DNA from: Utricularia gibba | Lineage: Eukaryota; Plantae; Magnoliophyta | Assembly (NCBI GenBank): GCA_002189035.1 | Contig: CM007990.1 | Span: 3,224,001-3,288,000, forward strand | Length of the DNA stretch: 64,000 bases | Reading direction: 5' to 3' | Shown: piece after piece, positions 61,815 to 64,000 of the stretch | How the letters are laid out: the number at the start of each line of letters is the position of its first letter | Position numbering within the stretch: the first letter of the stretch is position 1 | Made by a program: the position numbers and the translations under genes | The notes under the pieces: model-generated | Database searches by the model: none | What the model was told of the DNA's origin: nothing | The model's input: the letters and a program-made list of their open reading frames with translations, nothing else

Positions 61815-64000
61815 GATTTGGGAACTAAGAAATAAAATATTCCCCAGAGTTGTGTCACGGTTGGACCAAATCATATTATAAGTTATTTTTGTCAAAATTG
61901 CGGGACATTTTTCCTAAAATTCAACTGCCCTTTTTTTTTTCTGAGTGACCATCGCCGAAAATCATGACAAATTAAGCTTCCGATAATGAGTTGAACATCT
62001 GAAAGATAATTCAAAATATAGAGGAAATATTTGATTTTCTTTTTTCTTTTTCATTTTCTGAAAAAATATATACTTTAAAGGTTGGGTTCTTTGTTTTTTA
62101 ATTTCAAATACATGAATAATATTATTTGCCCTAAATTTCGTTAGTCAAATGAGATTAGATTTTTTTTCATTTATTTTTAATACATCTATCAAATTATAAT
62201 ATTATGTTAATATTACATTGTCTCTCTCTTGTAATTGATAATCTGTTGATTTTGCATGATACCATTTAATAAGGACAGCTAATATCCATTAAATGCTCAT
62301 CTTAGTTCAATTTTATTGGGGTTCTTGAAAGTTTGCATTCAGGTTTCTTCTCCCCTTCGTGTGAGTGGATCTATGGAATTTGGAAGATATTTTTTATGGG
62401 GTCAAATGCAATGAAAGAGTGTTTTTGACTTTTTGATGAATCATAGAGAACTGGAAAAAGATGTTTTTTTTTTATAATCACAACCAACCTATGGTGCAAA
62501 TACTATTATGGATTGGGTTTTGCATTGGTTTTGGATAAAAAAAAATGTAGCATGTTCTTCTATAATATGTTGCACGTTAAAAGATTATTAAAATGTGTGT
62601 CTTTTACCCATAATTTTTTATGGATTATTGTTATTTTTTATCTAGGATTATGTGGTCTTTGTATTGTGCTATCATTAAGGGAGTCTTCTGTTCTTTGTAT
62701 GCATGTTTTTAAAGATTTTCCTAATGACTTCTGTTACTCCTATCAAAATAATGGGTGTCGGTTGTCTTCGTCAATCTTATTATTGATTTCCTAGTTGATG
62801 CATTTGTAGATATGGATACTCACATGAAGGATGAAAGCGACTTCGAATTAGACTACGGGAGTGAGGAGGAAGACTATGAAATTCTCGATGATCAATTCCC
62901 CATTGAGAATGATGATTATGGACTATCTTTGCAATTTCCCGTATTCAAAGGAGTACAATCAGAAGCTCCTAACAATGATACAAGTGAAGTCCTTTAAACA
63001 TTGTTAAAATGGAAAGCGATAGTGTTTGAATACAAGAACTTATATTATTATTGTTTTTAGTATTTAAATTGTGTTTTATTTATAGGGAAGGGATAATCTT
63101 TAAATTAAAAGTTGAGGCTAAAGACACACTTGAAGAATATTGTGTTTGGGAAGAAATCCAATTTTGGTTCGAGAAGAATGATAAGCATCGTTTGATTGCT
63201 CATTGTAAAGGTAATGAAGGGGTAACATACCCGTGGAAGGTGTATGTGAAGATAACACCGATGACGGTTTGGAGTGTTTGTGAAGTCACTCCATATCGAG
63301 ACCATTGCCGGCCACATGTGAACAACAAATCAGTGAATGCACATTGGTTTGGGAATATGTATATGGATAGGCTTATTGATCGTCCGTTGATAAAGGTTGT
63401 AGATCTACTTACGGATATAAAACGTGATTGGCATGTGAAGATGTCTCCTCAAAAGGTGAGGAGAGTGAAAGAAAATGAAAGAAAGATGGCAACGAAAAGT
63501 ATGAAGAATGATTTTGAGCAACTTCGAAGTTATTGTGAACAATATTGGGTATCGAATGAAGGTGCTATCGTGGCAATACTGGAGGTAGATGATGGTAAAG
63601 ATGAGAAAAGCAAAATATGCGAAAGAGTTTATTCTTGTCTTAAGTTATGCATTTTTGAAGCATTTTTCTAATATATTAGTGGATTTTTTTTTAATTTTGT
63701 AGTATTTTTTCTTACATATTTTTGGTTGCTTTATTGTTGAATATTGTATATTAGAAGTGTATATTATTTATTATGTAATGATAAGTTAGCATTTAATTAT
63801 AGTTGGTTTATTGAATTATGTGATAATATTTGGTTTTTTTTAGTATTTTTTTGTTTTATATGTTAATTATAGGCTTGTAAAGATGGATTCCATATATATG
63901 GCTATAATGTGATCGGAGTTGATGGTATGCATATATTGAGTAAATTGAATGGGAAAATGCTAGTGGCTATGGCCTCAGATCTGAATAATTGAGTTTTCCC
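61815..64000 (+). mobile_element. Degenerate MuDR/MULE DNA transposon (left end approximate, runs off the window end)
   Basis: Acidic N-part with QFPVFK (62770-62950). MuDR domain GIIFKLK.EAKD.L.EY...KND..R....C...YPWKVY (63051-63650). After a probable intron, the MULE domain ACKDGF...IGVDG...GKML.AM..D.NN*VFP has an in-frame stop. Confidence 0.85.

Overview
Plant (eudicot) nuclear DNA made mostly of nested, decayed LTR retrotransposons around a small two-gene island. The island holds a three-coding-exon GTD-binding/myosin-binding gene (MYOB7-like, 25521-27344, minus) and an intronless mTERF3-like CDS (29701-30672, minus). The TE content is: two full-length but frameshifted Ty1/copia elements with exact target-site duplications (3551-9570, TSD CAACA; 12038-17452, TSD TAAAG); two Tat/Retand Ty3/gypsy elements with a tRNA-Lys PBS; a centromeric-type (CRM) chromovirus spanning 50263-60061 (TSD AAAAG) with four nested insertions; a CRM solo LTR; six Athila-like LTRs; four Angela-like LTRs; hAT and MuDR transposase remnants; and small plastid-derived fragments. 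No CRISPR array, rRNA gene or true tRNA gene was found, and I did not find a clearly new multi-gene system. The most notable observations are a solo LTR inserted inside a Copia primer-binding site, an AUG-stop minimal uORF 12 nt upstream of the mTERF start, reciprocal CRM/Angela nesting, patchy LTR-pair divergence suggesting gene conversion, and a 130-bp dimer in a CRM LTR. All alignments, counts and family assignments were made by eye or from memory of the families, not by database search.
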